Below, in pieces: positions 52,101 through 53,549 of a DNA stretch of 53,549 bases. The stretch spans positions 62,001-115,549 of the forward strand of contig CAUYUJ010000309.1 in the NCBI GenBank assembly GCA_963575745.1, read 5' to 3'. Position numbers and translations under genes: made by a program. Positions within the stretch are counted from its first letter, which is position 1. Each line of letters starts with the position of its first letter. The notes beneath the pieces were generated by a model. It made no database searches, was not told where the DNA came from, and saw only the letters and a program-made list of their open reading frames with translations. Origin of the DNA: Prorocentrum cordatum. Lineage: Eukaryota.

Positions 52101-52266
52101 GAACGTTCGGGGCAAAACGTAGCCGTTCTCCGGCATGAGTAGGATGTACTTGATGTCCTCCCTCCTCGGGTTCTCGGCGTCGAGCTCCCGACAGAGCCGG
52201 CGCCTCAGCTCCCGCAACTCCTCGACCCAGGTGCTTCGGAGCTCTTCCCACAGATCCTTGACCCAA
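49195..52266 (-). CDS. YR-element polyprotein segment: CCCH-type Zn finger + putative Cys-protease-like domain + C5 cytosine DNA methyltransferase
   Basis: 1023-aa ORF, with the true frame probably entered by frameshift near 52040. C-x8-C-x6-C-x3-H at ~51700-51762. QCLLLH...LLIWRGHMRAL at ~50865-50458. MTase motif I EVYAGSG (~50125-50145), motif IV WGTPC (Cys 49927-49929), motif VI FLIES, HMCAWG...RYRK, and motif X-like AQVWAPRLCAAWA. Confidence 0.8.
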   Translation of the reverse strand: MGQGSVGRAPKHLGRGVAGAEAPALSGARRREPEEGGHQVHPTHAGERLRFAPNVRPRGPERLLPAGGRAPAQGRTRLLNGQLNAHLTKRPPKAGGSEEMGDPRPTAQGDDRPKAGAGPQPKAGPKAGTGARAGTAPKRAYPAGKELTRPERTRSVAHAPRNKDNVPICWGATTHMGCSRKACDCPNSHDPIKSTRGLDYSVVMQLTRRGGLLGAPWIDPKQVDGMIAQLRSQAKAAEAEKVGEDTSPPAAPDSQKEKGRGRGSGSRAAGDPGPGQAPDDYTALQLTAMESDLREAVKGPDFGWLEDHDHPRAAATWDAQPAGDGPELRLKLMQELEAEGIFAPLKGASEHLQSHVRGRVLGARLRGERLMERALEEAVDRGHRGLSSEAADLHEALSCAAGYVTEGGAEVGPVAWDPGGLIGRGSYTFWDEDTRIQWDFIDYRDRLGPTEEMGQAMGLEVGDTEERQCLLLHVAAGVLLLRAGGGTGEPSPDAVQQLAATYRHALWEEAHEALRALGDSPPWITALEADVRSYVHDAVHPHHDKDYRCLAACPVADLDAVTLQVLRVNGSGRLCVDHLMGTGVGAEDHVIPLLIWRGHMRALRPRSHAEAAALGQRWGHAGRLSREIVSVGWREMLDEGPDVEPTVPGKSAPCTHCKAAEGRAGRAVGRAPASFGEHPADVQARLLEANAMPIRHDPAFAYGLIAQEVYAGSGYWSAALRAEGIRVLEPIEYYDDPLRESGPRPDHDTLDPAVRARLQEAARTPMGPDVADVWCWGTPCGSYTDLGLMTQPGGTPQGTRTWEHPEGDGSKEFERVGNSHTQFTCDTCRILHDAGKEFLIESYCPSGRYPKIWGQAPMHELRRATGAMIVPIHMCAWGKAPSDAPESRYRKGSWWLVSPRLHLHALLLARRCPRDHHRVELKDHVPGSGIKRTKEAQVWAPRLCAAWAKVLKGAYLRWSVSQLRRQLAPIWEDGPGASPKIARAEAPGRLQGVDFTGIERLQASGDGSKCGRLYCILNFLNLI

Positions 52267-53548
52267 TGGTCTGGGAACTCCGATGGGTCCCTCTCGAAGG
52301 CCGCCTCCAAGAACCCTAACGACCGCCGACGCTCCGCCCCGGTGCGTGCGACCCTATATGAAATGGACTCGAACCTTCTGGAGCTCTCGCCGACCGGGCC
52401 CTCTTGGCAACCAGGTCGCCTATTGTGGTGAATCTGGAGCCGTTGGCGTGCTCCAGCTTGTCGTTCCACAGGTAAGCCGATAGCCAATCGGAAGTCCTCG
52501 AGCACGAGCGCGGGGGCGACAAAGATTCGTTCCTACTCGCCAGGTCAGTGAATAAAATCATATCTACAACAAACTAAATAAAAAAAAAAAGAAAAAAGAA
52601 AACAATAATGATTAAAAAAAAAAATGTGATGGGGCCCGTCCCGAAGGCGAGCGCCGCGTAGCCGTGTGCCACACGGTTGGTAACCAGGCAGGGAAACCCG
52701 ATCGTCATGAGCGTGCTCTTGGAGTGCGCACACATGCGCTTGAGTGAGTCGAACAAGTCCTTCCCCGTGATACCCTCGCAGGCCTCAACCACGAAGGTGT
52801 TGCATCCCCGGGCTATGTAAAGATCAAGTTCCTCGTCCCGACCGATCCCTGCCCTGGTGCCCCGGGCCTTCTTGTCGCCCTCGGTGGCCCGCGCCTGCCG
52901 CTCGGCGGCGAGGACGTGGCGTTCAGTGAGGCGGTTCTGGCGATCCAGGCGCTCGATAATCTGGGCTTCGGCCTCGACTGTAAGCCCGCCCAGGGCCCCC
53001 GCCGCCCCGGCGTCGTCTGGACCCCCAGCTCGCTCCCCACCCAGGCCGCCCCCGTGGGGCGTCTGGCCAGTGAGGTGGCCAAGGACCGAGGCCCCGTCGA
53101 GGAGCGGGTTGGCCCCACGGGCGGCCCCCCCGCGTCCATCGCGTGCCAGCAGGCCCCGATCACCCAGCAAGCCCCGTCGTGGGCCCGTGGGGTGGATGGG
53201 GGGCATGGCACCGAAGAGCTCGCGTCGGGGTCCCTGCTTCGGGCTGGGATCCCGTCCCCGCGCCGAGCGACTCCGCGACCCCACACGTGAGAGGCTCCCC
53301 TGCAGGGGAACCTTGTCGGCGGCCGCAGCACGCTCCCGCGCGCGCGCTTCCAGCTGCGCATCCTCCAAATCCGCGAGGGCGCGCTCTAGGTCGGACCCCA
53401 GTGGGCCCGCCGCTGCCACCTGTGCGACCCTCCGCCGCAGCTGCCGCTCCGCCTGATCAAGCGGAACCCCGAGCAGGTCCGCGGCCATACCTAATGCACT
53501 GAGAGCCGCCGCTTTGCCCCCCCGTCCTTTGAGATCCTCGGCTCGCAA
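52017..53548 (-). pseudogene. Gag-like N-terminal region of the YR element (frameshifted or interrupted; 5' partial)
   Basis: ORFs 52574-53548 and 52017-52505 give helical, coiled-coil-like protein (LERALADLEDAQLEARARE; WVKDLWEELRSTWVEELRELRRRL). They lie directly upstream of the CCCH finger and are broken by an AT-rich patch at ~52550-52625 and by frameshifts. The gag call rests on position. Confidence 0.6.
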
Positions 53549-53549
53549 G

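Larger units (their letters stand above)
40627..53549 (-). mobile_element. Tyrosine-recombinase (DIRS-group, PAT/Ngaro-like split-direct-repeat) retrotransposon, >12.9 kb, 5' end outside the window; this copy is interrupted by stops and frameshifts
   Basis: Collinear minus-strand ORFs carry DIRS-type RT, RNase H and tyrosine recombinase motifs. At the 3' end, ~220-bp direct repeats (40627-40847 and 40972-41198) are separated by a ~120-bp unique segment, i.e. B1-A2-B2. Confidence 0.9.

Noticed and set aside
41755..53549. Prophage, bacterial integrative element or restriction-modification locus (integrase + MTases)
   Set aside because: RT, RNase H and YR motifs are DIRS-type, split direct repeats are present, and no phage or restriction genes are seen.

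Overview
This is eukaryotic, GC-rich, repeat-dense DNA, almost certainly from a dinoflagellate. A perfect 22-nt dinoflagellate spliced leader (SL) lies at 26652-26673; from memory the satellite families resemble Prorocentrum, which I have not verified. There is one 100-N assembly gap. Most ORFs in the six-frame track are artefacts of microsatellites and GC-rich repeats. Four things are real. (1) A probable multi-exon coiled-coil host gene on the minus strand (~5.6-36 kb), with small, phase-consistent exons and GT/GC/GA donors. (2) A 5'-complete, internally deleted LINE (23.1-26.7 kb) capped by a full SL plus a relic SL, sitting inside one of that gene's introns. (3) A second, decayed LINE with RT and RNase H (37.3-40.6 kb). 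(4) The main feature: a >12.9-kb tyrosine-recombinase (DIRS-group, PAT/Ngaro-type split direct repeat) retrotransposon on the minus strand, running off the right edge. It appears to encode one interrupted polyprotein in this order: gag-like/CCCH finger, putative OTU-like Cys protease, C5 DNA methyltransferase, RT, RNase H, a second degenerate C5-methyltransferase fold, tyrosine recombinase, and an RNA-binding cargo (dsRBD-like, SR-rich, RRM, Zn finger, GK-rich). Its 3' end has a B1-A2-B2 repeat structure with an att-like palindrome and SL-like sequence. All domain calls come from reading motifs by eye; no searches were run.
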